DNA of 27,060 bases from a virus (Duplodnaviria; Heunggongvirae; Uroviricota; Caudoviricetes): IMG/VR virus record IMGVR_UViG_2681813321_000031. One strand, given 5' to 3'. This document shows, one piece after another, positions 1-7,609 of this stretch (positions are counted from its first letter, which is position 1; each line of letters opens with the position of its first letter). The notes under the pieces are model-generated. The model worked only from the letters and a program-made list of their open reading frames with translations, ran no database searches and was not told the DNA's origin. Both the position numbers and the translations under genes were made by a program.

Positions 1-198
1 TCACTGAGGAAGGCGTCTGTAACAACCGAACTGATAATCTGCCAGACCCGCCATAACAAGCTGAGTCAGTATTAACTGGCAGCGTTCGCGTGAAAGGTAA
101 GTATTCTGCGCAATTTCCCCGACGGTCGCCGGTTCGGTGACGCTTAATTCATTAAACACCACTCTGGCGGTTTCGGTCATATCCTGCTGTTTTAGCAT
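1..198 (-). CDS. hypothetical small protein (65 aa from internal ATG; track ORF extends to a GTG at 319-321)
   Basis: Track ORF 1..321 minus. The GTG at 319-321 overlaps the U-tract of the terminator just upstream, so the ATG at 196-198 (purine-rich GGAAAAGGG upstream) is the more plausible start. No family recognised. Confidence 0.3.
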   Translation of the reverse strand: MLKQQDMTETARVVFNELSVTEPATVGEIAQNTYLSRERCQLILTQLVMAGLADYQFGCYRRLPQ

Positions 199-319
199 GC
201 CTTTTTCCCTTTTCCGGTTAACGTGACATACCAATACCTCTTGTCGAAAAAGCCAGCAAGCTGAAAGACCGGCATTCGCAACCACCAGCGCATTTAACGT
301 CCTGTACCGCTTTTCGGGC

Positions 320-345
320 ACAAAAAAACCCGCATAAAACGGGTT
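320..345 (-). terminator. intrinsic terminator (tR'-like) downstream of the Q-like gene
   Basis: Minus-strand RNA reads AACCCG-UUUUAUG-CGGGUU followed by U7 (plus-strand A-run 322-328); 6-bp GC-rich stem plus U tract. Confidence 0.6.
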
Positions 346-404
346 CTTTCAGGTGTCCATGTCTGCTATTCGCCTCGCGGTATAGCTTTGCGAAGCGTAG
401 CTGG

Positions 405-433
405 ATTGAAACAGTTTATGCGTAAAAAATCAA
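405..433 (-). promoter_or_regulatory. candidate sigma70 late promoter (PR'-like): TTGATT-17-TTCAAT
   Basis: On the minus strand, -35 TTGATT (428-433) and -10 TTCAAT (405-410) with a 17-nt spacer, overlapping the stop of the Q-like gene and about 60 nt upstream of the terminator hairpin. The -10 is weak. Confidence 0.25.
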
Positions 434-984
434 GACATTTTTTGAGCAAACGATTCTCGCATAGGGATGTATAGCGCATATTCAGCAACAGCCAACCAAT
501 TAGCAATTCGCTTTTCGCATGTACTAAAACACCATTCCGGGTGCACCTCATTCAACAATTCAGCCATTTTGCGTTTACTCATCCCCCGCCCTTCGTATCT
601 TTGCCGCAGGATATCAATCAATCCAGGATAACGTGCAAGCGCTTTACTTATCACCCCATCAATGCGTAACGCCTCTGCATCAGTACAGTGAGACAACCAG
701 CTCTTCTGTCTGCCAGCGATCATCTCTCGCAAGAATGCTTCCAGCTCTGGTTTATCAATCCCTGACTCCCTGATTCTACGCAGGGCTTCATTGATCGCGG
801 TTTTTGTCAGTTTTTTGGATGTCAGCAACTGATTGAACATATTTCCTGGTTTGCCACCACCTATGTACGACCAACGCCCCCACATCCGTAATTTCCCCTG
901 GATCCAGACGGCTTCCAGCGTTTTTAGACGTAAATGCTCGCCGCTTTTGCCTGTAATTTCCGGGTATATCATATTTACGATCAC
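430..984 (-). CDS. putative late-gene antiterminator (Q-like), 184 aa; function assigned by position
   Basis: ORF is coupled to the rusA stop (GTGA overlap at 981-984; alternative ATG at 970-972). It sits immediately after rusA and immediately before a promoter-terminator pair, the position Q occupies in lambdoid phages. No sequence motif of a known Q family was confidently recognised. Confidence 0.45.
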   Translation of the reverse strand: MIVNMIYPEITGKSGEHLRLKTLEAVWIQGKLRMWGRWSYIGGGKPGNMFNQLLTSKKLTKTAINEALRRIRESGIDKPELEAFLREMIAGRQKSWLSHCTDAEALRIDGVISKALARYPGLIDILRQRYEGRGMSKRKMAELLNEVHPEWCFSTCEKRIANWLAVAEYALYIPMRESFAQKMS

Positions 985-1340
985 TCACTCTCAATTTTGT
1001 AAATCTTCACGCCCAGCCGCCCCCCAGGAACGAGCTGACCGCGCACAATATTAATTTCATCAAACTGCTCGTCGTCTATGAGAAGTCCGGCATGCGTCAG
1101 CGCATCCAGTGGTGCTTTCAGGATATTGTCCAGGTCACGACGACGCTTATCCGGTGGCTCTGCAATAATCTTTATCGCCAGCCGTCCGGACAGGTTTAAT
1201 TTCAGCCGCTGCTCGCGAACAATTAGCGCCACATCCCGGCGATAACGCTCACCGGCTTTTGATACAAAATATGTGTTGTCACGACGTCGCCAGTAGGTGT
1301 TCACCGTTGGCGGGTAAGGCAAAACAAACTCTATACGCAT
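981..1340 (-). CDS. rusA: RusA-family Holliday junction resolvase
   Basis: 119-aa product MRIEFVLPYPPTVNTYWRRR...DLDNILKAPLDALTHAGLLIDDEQFDEI matches the RusA endodeoxyribonuclease pattern, including the acidic DLDN and DDEQ motifs; size and position are typical of prophage rusA. Confidence 0.9.
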   Translation of the reverse strand: MRIEFVLPYPPTVNTYWRRRDNTYFVSKAGERYRRDVALIVREQRLKLNLSGRLAIKIIAEPPDKRRRDLDNILKAPLDALTHAGLLIDDEQFDEINIVRGQLVPGGRLGVKIYKIESE

Positions 1341-1352
1341 CAGTAACCTCTT

Positions 1353-2348
1353 TTACCCAAGCACGCCGGTTGCAAAGGCGTGATCAAGAAAATGAAAAAT
1401 TAAATCAACCTGGGAACCATGCTTTTCTTCGAATGCCAGCGGATCCGCATGAAGCTCGTTGTGATGTTCCCGACACAGCGGTAGTGTGAAAATATCGTGG
1501 GATTTTGTTCCCATTCCACCCTGACCGTGGCCTATCAGGTGGTGGGCATCATCAGCAGGCTTTCCGCAACATGCGCACGGCTGCGTCTTAACCCAGCGCG
1601 TGTACTTTTCATTAACCCAGCGGCGACGTTTTGGGCGTAACATAAAAGACTCCGGCGACTCCGGATCCACTTTCAGCGCCAGCACCTTTTTCGCCTTATC
1701 CTGGATGATGCTGGTGGCAGTAACCGAAGGCACAAGGTCACTTTCCCGGGTAACAGACGGCACAACAGGCTTCGGTAATCTCAGTGCCTTACGGGCTGCA
1801 CTTTCCGATAAGGCATCCGCCAGATCATTACGAATCAGCCACCAGCACAGTTCCGGCATTGTCACAACGTGACTGTCGTCAAAACCGAGCTCCCGACGCA
1901 CAACAGACAACACCCAGCGGGCACAGTTATCCGTTGCCATTGATTCCAGCCGTTCCGTGAACTGATCGCGCAGCTGGTTATCGCAGTGCCAGCACAGACG
2001 GATCGCGCCCGGAGCGTGTCGCATTGTGGTCATGTTCTCGCTGTGCCAGTTGGAATGAGGCCACTGACAGCCCTTTTCACGAAGTAACCAGCTTTCAAGA
2101 CATTCCACGCCACCAGCACGACGGATCACTGCCTCATTGCGGAACACGGCCCGAACGGCAGGATCATCCGCCAGCGGTTGTGATGCCGCCGGAACGGCAC
2201 CACTGGCAAAAGATGAATAACGTTCCGGCTCAGGCTCCAGCAGGACACGCCCCTGCATAAACAGGGGCATCAGCTCTGAACCGGGCCTGAACAATACGAT
2301 CCCCATACGCGGGGCAATTTCAGGGGTCAGTAGTGCTCTCACGGTCAC
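1353..2348 (-). CDS. DUF968-like prophage protein with C-terminal HNH-type Cys/His motif
   Basis: 331-aa ORF; C-terminus CACCGKPADDAHHLIGHGQGG...LPLCREHHNELH is a CxxC...HH...C..HH HNH-like zinc-finger signature; resembles YdfU-type prophage proteins. The 5' part of the gene lies inside the 7.55-kb repeat unit. Confidence 0.75.
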   Translation of the reverse strand: MTVRALLTPEIAPRMGIVLFRPGSELMPLFMQGRVLLEPEPERYSSFASGAVPAASQPLADDPAVRAVFRNEAVIRRAGGVECLESWLLREKGCQWPHSNWHSENMTTMRHAPGAIRLCWHCDNQLRDQFTERLESMATDNCARWVLSVVRRELGFDDSHVVTMPELCWWLIRNDLADALSESAARKALRLPKPVVPSVTRESDLVPSVTATSIIQDKAKKVLALKVDPESPESFMLRPKRRRWVNEKYTRWVKTQPCACCGKPADDAHHLIGHGQGGMGTKSHDIFTLPLCREHHNELHADPLAFEEKHGSQVDLIFHFLDHAFATGVLG

Positions 2349-2393
2349 CTCAGCGAACGGTATTGCATGAACGCAGAAGAAAAAATTCAGCCA

Positions 2394-2651
2394 TCACGCA
2401 GTAAACTCCTTCACCAGTATTTCAAACTGGCTTACCTGGCCTTCCAGTTCCGCCACGCAATCCACCAGCTCATCCACCGCCTTTTGTGTGCGGTGTTTTG
2501 CCAGCAGCAGATCACGCAGCGCCGGAGTAAGCTGCTTGCGGAGCGTATCCTTTGCCACGCTCGTTTTTTCCATCTGTTCAGCACAACGAAGCATCTCCTG
2601 CGCCTGCCGACGAAGTTGTTCCGGTGAAACAGTGATTGCTCTGTTGTTCAA
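2394..2651 (-). CDS. hypothetical protein (85 aa, predicted helical)
   Basis: ORF overlaps the dnaB-like stop by 4 nt (translational coupling); no family recognised. Confidence 0.55.
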   Translation of the reverse strand: MNNRAITVSPEQLRRQAQEMLRCAEQMEKTSVAKDTLRKQLTPALRDLLLAKHRTQKAVDELVDCVAELEGQVSQFEILVKEFTA

Positions 2652-4048
2652 AATAAACGCTCCGTTTTACTGCCCGACATGCGGTTATTGCTGTATCTGC
2701 GCGGATTGCCCGGCGTCATGGGTGTGGAAAGAACCCGGGCACTCTCCTGGTCCACAGGCAGAAAATGTCCGTTATGAAAACGCCGGTAAATGGTCCCGAG
2801 CGTGCCATTACGCTGTTTCGTGATGTTGATTTCTGCTATGCCTCTGGCCTGAGTTTCCGGGTTGTATACCTCATCCCTGTAAAGCATCAGAATGATGTCG
2901 GCATCCGCCTCGATTTCCCCGGAGTTTTTCAGGTCCGAGTTCATTGGGCGTTTATTGGGTCTGGATTCCACGCCGCGGGAGAGCTGGCTCAGAGCAATCA
3001 GCGGAAAACCGCCGGATTTTGCCAGGCTTTTAAGTCCCTTTGAGATTTCCCCCACAGCAAGGTCGTGACGCCCCGTGCTGCGGGTTTTAATCAGGCCGAG
3101 GTAATCGACCACAACCAGCGCCGTTTCCGGGTGTTTCATCCGGTGGTGCTTCGTGGTTGCACATATCTCATCAATGGTCAGGTTTGCCTGGTCCACCATC
3201 CAGATATTACGCCCCGTCATTCGTCCCACGCCCTGCGAGAAACGCGCCCAGTCTTCATCTTCAAAACGGGCAACAGACTTAAGACGGGATACCGGCATTC
3301 CACCGGCAGCAGACACCATACGTTCACCAATCTGGATGTTCGCCATCTCCATGGTGAACAGAAGCACGCCATGCCCCTGCTCAGTCACCTTGTCGATGAT
3401 GTCCAGCGCAAGTTCGGTTTTCCCCATCGAAGGACGGGCGGCAATGAATACCAGGTCTCCGGGCTCCATACCGCCCGTTTTTGCGTCCAGTTCATCAATA
3501 CCGGTCATCAGCGCCCTGGATTTCTCCAGTCCCTGATTGCGGCATTCAACACGGTCGACCACTTCCGGAAGGACATCATCAATGTGAACCGGCTGAATGA
3601 CGCCCTTTCCGGTCGACAGTGAGGCCATCATGTTCTGCGCATCCTTCAGGGCATCCTCGGCTGCTTCACAGGTATACGCATCACGTAAATTCTGTAATGC
3701 TTCAGTCAGTGTTTTTTCTGCATCGCGCAGTGCGGCATTGCGCCGCAACGCTGCGACATAGTGCTCCAGTGAAGACTTCACCCAGGTTTTGCGTCCGGTG
3801 TCGGTAATCACCGGGGCAAGTTCCGGCATCTCATTGCACAGCAGTACGGGGTCAATGACGCCGAATATGCGAGCCTGTCTGCAAATCCCCGCGTAAATAT
3901 CCCGGTACTGACGCACAAAAAATACATCCGCCGGAAGTGTGGCCAGAATATCCATCACTTCCGGATCGGCCCCACGCAGAAAAAACGCACCGATGACAGC
4001 GCCTTCCAGGTCATCGTTACGCCATGCCGGGGTGTTCTGGCTGGTCAT
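2648..4048 (-). CDS. DnaB-family replicative DNA helicase
   Basis: 466 aa; Walker A GARPSMGKTELALDI, FTMEMANIQ and SQLSRGVESR regions match the DnaB RecA-like domain; 4-nt overlap with the upstream loader gene. Confidence 0.95.
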   Translation of the reverse strand: MTSQNTPAWRNDDLEGAVIGAFFLRGADPEVMDILATLPADVFFVRQYRDIYAGICRQARIFGVIDPVLLCNEMPELAPVITDTGRKTWVKSSLEHYVAALRRNAALRDAEKTLTEALQNLRDAYTCEAAEDALKDAQNMMASLSTGKGVIQPVHIDDVLPEVVDRVECRNQGLEKSRALMTGIDELDAKTGGMEPGDLVFIAARPSMGKTELALDIIDKVTEQGHGVLLFTMEMANIQIGERMVSAAGGMPVSRLKSVARFEDEDWARFSQGVGRMTGRNIWMVDQANLTIDEICATTKHHRMKHPETALVVVDYLGLIKTRSTGRHDLAVGEISKGLKSLAKSGGFPLIALSQLSRGVESRPNKRPMNSDLKNSGEIEADADIILMLYRDEVYNPETQARGIAEINITKQRNGTLGTIYRRFHNGHFLPVDQESARVLSTPMTPGNPRRYSNNRMSGSKTERLF

Positions 4049-4953
4049 GCGGCAACACCTCCGATACGAGAACGGTAGCTGGGCCAGTTAAACGACAACC
4101 AGTTGCGCCCGCCATCGGTGATCCTGTCGGCAATCCGGGGACTGATGAACGCCCACAATTCTTCCGGTGAAAGGTTGCTGATCAGGATAGTTGGCAAAAT
4201 ACCCTCATACCGGGCATTGATAATTTCCTGCAAAATGGCCATTTCAGCCGCACTGCCAAACTGAACGCCGACTTCGTCGACAATCAGCAAATCCAGTGAC
4301 GCATAATGCTCAATGACGTCATCCGCTGTTTTTTCACTGTCATTCCGCCAGCAGTTTTTCACAGCCCGGGTAAGGCGCATCACGTCGGTGATCTCCACAC
4401 TGGCCAGATAGTTACGGATGATGTGTTTTGCCATTGATACCGCCAGATGATTTTTCCCGGTACCGCAACTGCCGGTCATAACAAGACTGGTACCGTTCTC
4501 CAGCATATCTGGCCAGTTCTCCGCATAGCGGCGACAGGCCGCAAGATTTCTGGCTGCGTCAGGATTAACCTCCAGATAATTATCAAACTCGCAGTCCCGA
4601 AAACGCAGAGCAATTCCGGCGTTATCAGTCAGTTCTTCCGCCTTGAGGGACGACAGTTCCATGGTCAAATCACTGGCCTCAGCGATCAAGCAGTCAGGGC
4701 AGCATGAAATTTTTTCTCTGTCCTCGCCATTACGATCGATCCACACCAGTATATGCGTACGATATTTACCGTGTTTTTCGCAATATCCGCGACCTTCACG
4801 CATCAGGCAGGAACGATAAGGCCATGGCTTTTCGCCCTTCTGAGCAAATGCAATCTCTGCCCGTAACTCATCCATTTCTGCCCGTAACTCATCCATTCGC
4901 GCCTGTAGTCTTGTTTGTTTCTCACGTTGGTCAATCGTCATCATCGCTGTCAC
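4045..4953 (-). CDS. DnaC/IstB-like AAA+ helicase loader with N-terminal Cys-rich region
   Basis: 302 aa; Walker A GSCGTGKNHLA, Walker B LLIVDEVG; N-terminal Cys/His cluster (C...CEKHGK...CCPDC). Confidence 0.85.
   Translation of the reverse strand: MTAMMTIDQREKQTRLQARMDELRAEMDELRAEIAFAQKGEKPWPYRSCLMREGRGYCEKHGKYRTHILVWIDRNGEDREKISCCPDCLIAEASDLTMELSSLKAEELTDNAGIALRFRDCEFDNYLEVNPDAARNLAACRRYAENWPDMLENGTSLVMTGSCGTGKNHLAVSMAKHIIRNYLASVEITDVMRLTRAVKNCWRNDSEKTADDVIEHYASLDLLIVDEVGVQFGSAAEMAILQEIINARYEGILPTILISNLSPEELWAFISPRIADRITDGGRNWLSFNWPSYRSRIGGVAA
4858..4899. repeat. 21-bp in-frame tandem duplication inside the loader gene
   Basis: ctgcccgtaactcatccattt / ctgcccgtaactcatccattc; encodes MDELRAE-MDELRAE in the N-terminal coiled region. 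Confidence 0.8.
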
Positions 4954-4954
4954 C

Positions 4955-5947
4955 TCAGAATGTCAATTTGTTACTGGATTTACCGAATTTGTCCGACATG
5001 GCTCCCAGGCCAGCCAGGACATCGACCTGTCGCTGTCGCCCACCTCCGTGAGCGGCTGGCTGTTGCCAGTAATCTTCGAAGTGACGATCGGGTCCAAAGA
5101 ACGTCGCAGCCTGCTTCACGAACTGTGTGCCGATATTTCCTGTAGCACGTACCCAGGCGGCATACCGCTTCACGCCATCAAGCATGGTCTCCGGTTTTAT
5201 TCCCTCCCTGATACGGGCTTTCCAGGCTTTGAAGGCTGCTGACTTGGAATTGCCACCAGCACGTTTGGGATATTCCTGCCAGGCCTGTTCAAATTCCGGT
5301 GAATATTCCTGTCGGGCAGAACGCGCTGGCGCAGACGCGTCAGCGGATGCATCAATAGTGTTTTTAGTCTCCGTTGTAATCTCTGTAGTAATCTCTGTAT
5401 TTGTATCAACATTCGGCGTATCCCCTGTTCCGTTATGACGTCGGGGGGTGTTCCGTTTTAACGTAATAGCTGTATCGCTGATTGCATTATTGCTGTTACT
5501 TTCTGGCGAAACAGAAGAAGGTGTGGTGATGGCCGCAATTGCCTGTGGGTTGATCCCGACAAACAAAATATTGCTGCATTTCACCCCATCGAGCATTTCC
5601 ACCGTGCGTAAATCCAGAGTAATAAACCCTGCATCGCGCAGACGCTTCAGCGCATCTGCGGTTTCCCTTTTCCCGAAACCAAACTGCTCAGCAAACGCCT
5701 GGTAGCTTCTTTGCAGTTTGTCGCCCTGAAAACGCTTGCGATATCCCAGCAACGCTCCGGTGTGCTCATCCCTGACCTCTGTCGGGCGGTACCAGTAAAC
5801 GATCTCTGAAAGCAGAGCGATAGCCGTCGCATCCGGACGCCCACTGGGTAGTCGAATATATTTCCACCAGTTCGCAGGTGTAACATTGCCGGAAATATTA
5901 ATTTGACCAATAGCCATAACTTCCGGTGTGGGGGCGTAACGGCTCAT
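4955..5947 (-). CDS. putative replication initiator (O-like / replisome organizer)
   Basis: 330-aa ORF directly upstream of the loader and helicase genes; conserved N- and C-terminal blocks separated by a low-complexity T/E/I-rich linker. Assignment is by position plus weak motif resemblance. Confidence 0.55.
   Translation of the reverse strand: MSRYAPTPEVMAIGQINISGNVTPANWWKYIRLPSGRPDATAIALLSEIVYWYRPTEVRDEHTGALLGYRKRFQGDKLQRSYQAFAEQFGFGKRETADALKRLRDAGFITLDLRTVEMLDGVKCSNILFVGINPQAIAAITTPSSVSPESNSNNAISDTAITLKRNTPRRHNGTGDTPNVDTNTEITTEITTETKNTIDASADASAPARSARQEYSPEFEQAWQEYPKRAGGNSKSAAFKAWKARIREGIKPETMLDGVKRYAAWVRATGNIGTQFVKQAATFFGPDRHFEDYWQQPAAHGGGRQRQVDVLAGLGAMSDKFGKSSNKLTF
5375..5398. repeat. 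12-bp direct repeat (gtaatctctgta x2) in the initiator linker
   Basis: Encodes TEITTEITTE; candidate iteron-like repeats by analogy with lambda ori lying inside O. Confidence 0.4.
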
Positions 5948-6243
5948 ACAACCTCCTTCCGCGGCATGAGAATTGTGTAGCCACGCGCAGGTTGTAGTCT
6001 GGCTTTTGCATCAATAGTAAGCGTTGCAATTTTTCGGATATGAAGATAACCAGCTCTTTCCAGTGCCAGGGTTTCCCTGAATATCGCTTGCTTAGAACAA
6101 CAGCAGAAATCAGCAAGCACCTGATGATCAATAACTCTCTCGCCTTCACCGTCTGAAGAACCCGACATCAAAACACGCAACATAATCAGGCGCTGAATCG
6201 GGTTATCGAAAGCACATCCGCACACAAACTGAAAACAGTTCAC
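5944..6243 (-). CDS. hypothetical protein, possible winged-helix DNA-binding
   Basis: 99-aa ORF coupled to the initiator start by a 4-nt overlap. Confidence 0.45.
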   Translation of the reverse strand: MNCFQFVCGCAFDNPIQRLIMLRVLMSGSSDGEGERVIDHQVLADFCCCSKQAIFRETLALERAGYLHIRKIATLTIDAKARLQPARGYTILMPRKEVV

Positions 6244-6464
6244 GCCACACCTCCCAGACGCTTAAACATTTTTCCAGACAGAAATACCGCCAGAGGGTAA
6301 CTGATGGTGTAGCTACGCCCCTGTAGTTCGCACACGACTTTCTGGCTTTCAGCGTTGACTAGGCAAACCCGCAGAACGTGACCGTTGCTGGTGGCGAACC
6401 ACTGCCCCACACGGGGGCAACGGTTGTATCGGTGATACAGGGAATTAACGATGTGGCGGATCAT
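6240..6464 (-). CDS. hypothetical protein (74 aa)
   Basis: ORF in the operon, 4-nt overlap with the downstream gene. Confidence 0.4.
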   Translation of the reverse strand: MIRHIVNSLYHRYNRCPRVGQWFATSNGHVLRVCLVNAESQKVVCELQGRSYTISYPLAVFLSGKMFKRLGGVA

Positions 6465-6655
6465 GGACGCACCTCCACCGTAGTTACGTATTTAACCGGG
6501 CTACCTTTCATTGAGATGGTTTCACACATCTCTGCCGCTTTCAGTTCCGCTGTTTTTCTGGATTTATAGCGACGGTGCCAGACAGATACATCCGTGCGAA
6601 CTGATACATCGTTTCTGTATTCCGTAGTGGAGATGATGATTTCGTAACTAATCAT
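6461..6655 (-). CDS. hypothetical protein (64 aa)
   Basis: ORF in the operon, coupled to the neighbours. Confidence 0.4.
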   Translation of the reverse strand: MISYEIIISTTEYRNDVSVRTDVSVWHRRYKSRKTAELKAAEMCETISMKGSPVKYVTTVEVRP

Positions 6656-7203
6656 GGGCGAACCTCCTTGTCAGAACCATTCAGCCTGGAATCAACAAGT
6701 GCAGCGCCAAAAACAGCATCACCAACACGGTCGTACAGTTTGCTAGCCAGCGGAGATTCAACGGCCTTAAGCATTGGATAAAGCTGGCTTGTCCAGATTT
6801 GATGGATTTCACGCAAATGCAGGTATACGCCTCTGGCGTTTCGTGCGACAGCTGACATATCAACCGCGTCAGCACCAGATAAATTCTTCTCCATCTGGTT
6901 AAAGGCGTTGATGTATGCCTCTTTGAACCGGGCTGCACGTTTGCCAGTAAAGCCCATAGCAAGGAACGCGAAGCCATCGCGGGTGATTTGATAGCAAGGT
7001 AGTTTGCGGCCTGTGCAATCGGTGTAATCACTGGGCTGAAAATTCAGCTCAGTGAATTCAACAGAGCACTCAAGCGTCTGGATTTTTTGAATAACGTTTT
7101 TGTGCTGCTTGCAGAAATATTCGGCAACGGCCAAAGAAGAGGTAACAGCCTTCCCATGGATAACATCAATTTTAGGGTGAGTTTGGGTAGGGGTGGTTGC
7201 CAT
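6652..7203 (-). CDS. rha: phage regulatory protein Rha (core, 183 aa from ATG 7201-7203; track ORF extends to 7500)
   Basis: VTSSLAVAEYF...FTELNF...GRKLPCYQITRDGFAFLAMGFTGKRAARFKEAYINAFN matches the Rha N-terminal domain. ATG at 7201-7203 has a GAGGA Shine-Dalgarno 7 nt upstream. The longer 282-aa ORF reads through an upstream terminator hairpin and the structured element. Confidence 0.8.
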   Translation of the reverse strand: MATTPTQTHPKIDVIHGKAVTSSLAVAEYFCKQHKNVIQKIQTLECSVEFTELNFQPSDYTDCTGRKLPCYQITRDGFAFLAMGFTGKRAARFKEAYINAFNQMEKNLSGADAVDMSAVARNARGVYLHLREIHQIWTSQLYPMLKAVESPLASKLYDRVGDAVFGAALVDSRLNGSDKEVRP

Positions 7204-7260
7204 AGTGACATCCTCATGTGCGAATTTTGAAAACTCACCACATGGGACGCCAATCACAGA

Positions 7261-7339
7261 GGTGGTGAGACGTACAGGGTTGGCGTAACCGGTCGCACAT
7301 GACCCCGGCGCATCTTTCGATGCCCCTGCACGCCCCACC
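7261..7339 (-). ncRNA. candidate structured cis-regulatory RNA in the rha leader (P1 16-bp helix enclosing P2 and P3 hairpins)
   Basis: Minus-strand GGUGGGGCGUGCAGGG (7339-7324) pairs with CCCUGUACGUCUCACC (7279-7264): 13 Watson-Crick + 3 G-U pairs, which become A-C mismatches on the plus strand. P2 GCAUC-GAAA-GAUGC at 7323-7310. Copy 2 has the same P1 and a P2 of CCAAC-UUCG-GUUGG. Confidence 0.45.
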
Positions 7340-7366
7340 ATAATTTGGATGTGAGGAAACGTGCGC

Positions 7367-7389
7367 AAAAAAACCGCTGAAGCGCGGTT
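7367..7389 (-). terminator. intrinsic terminator-like hairpin + U7 between the rha-like gene and rha
   Basis: Minus-strand AACCGC-GCUUCA-GCGGUU followed by UUUUU; stem and U tract are conserved in copy 2 while the loop and flanks diverge. Confidence 0.45.
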
Positions 7390-7583
7390 ATGCGCATGTG
7401 CGAATTTCAGGACGCCAATCCCGGCACCCGCTTTATAAGGTGCGGAGACAGTGTAACGTCCCGAAATTGCAGAATCAATATTTGGTCTTGAAATGATCAT
7501 ATAGCTGCTGATATCTTTAGAACTGTTCTTGGATGTTTCGGAGCCGTTTTATGCGAAACAGCTCCCCGTTATTGATGTTGAGT

Positions 7584-7609
7584 GAGCCGGGTTACTCCCG
7601 GCTTTTTTT
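7584..7609 (+). terminator. plus-strand intrinsic terminator overlapping the stop codon of the 235-aa gene
   Basis: GAGCCGGG-UUACU-CCCGGCUU plus a 7-T tract on the plus strand only (no U tract on the minus strand); implies a plus-strand transcript convergent with the operon. Confidence 0.45.

Noticed and set aside
3065-3622. Long plus-strand ORFs (185 aa and 127 aa) inside the dnaB-like gene, and similar antisense ORFs inside other replication genes
   Set aside because: They are fully embedded antisense to strongly supported CDSs and have Ser/Arg/His-rich low-complexity products typical of shadow ORFs.
6863-7464. DGR-style targeted hypermutation as the cause of the divergent patch
   Set aside because: Differences are not adenine-specific, include indels, and there is no adjacent template repeat; recombinational mosaicism fits better.
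7536-7561. 10-bp hairpin as an intrinsic terminator
   Set aside because: No U tract follows it on either strand; noted only as a stable hairpin.
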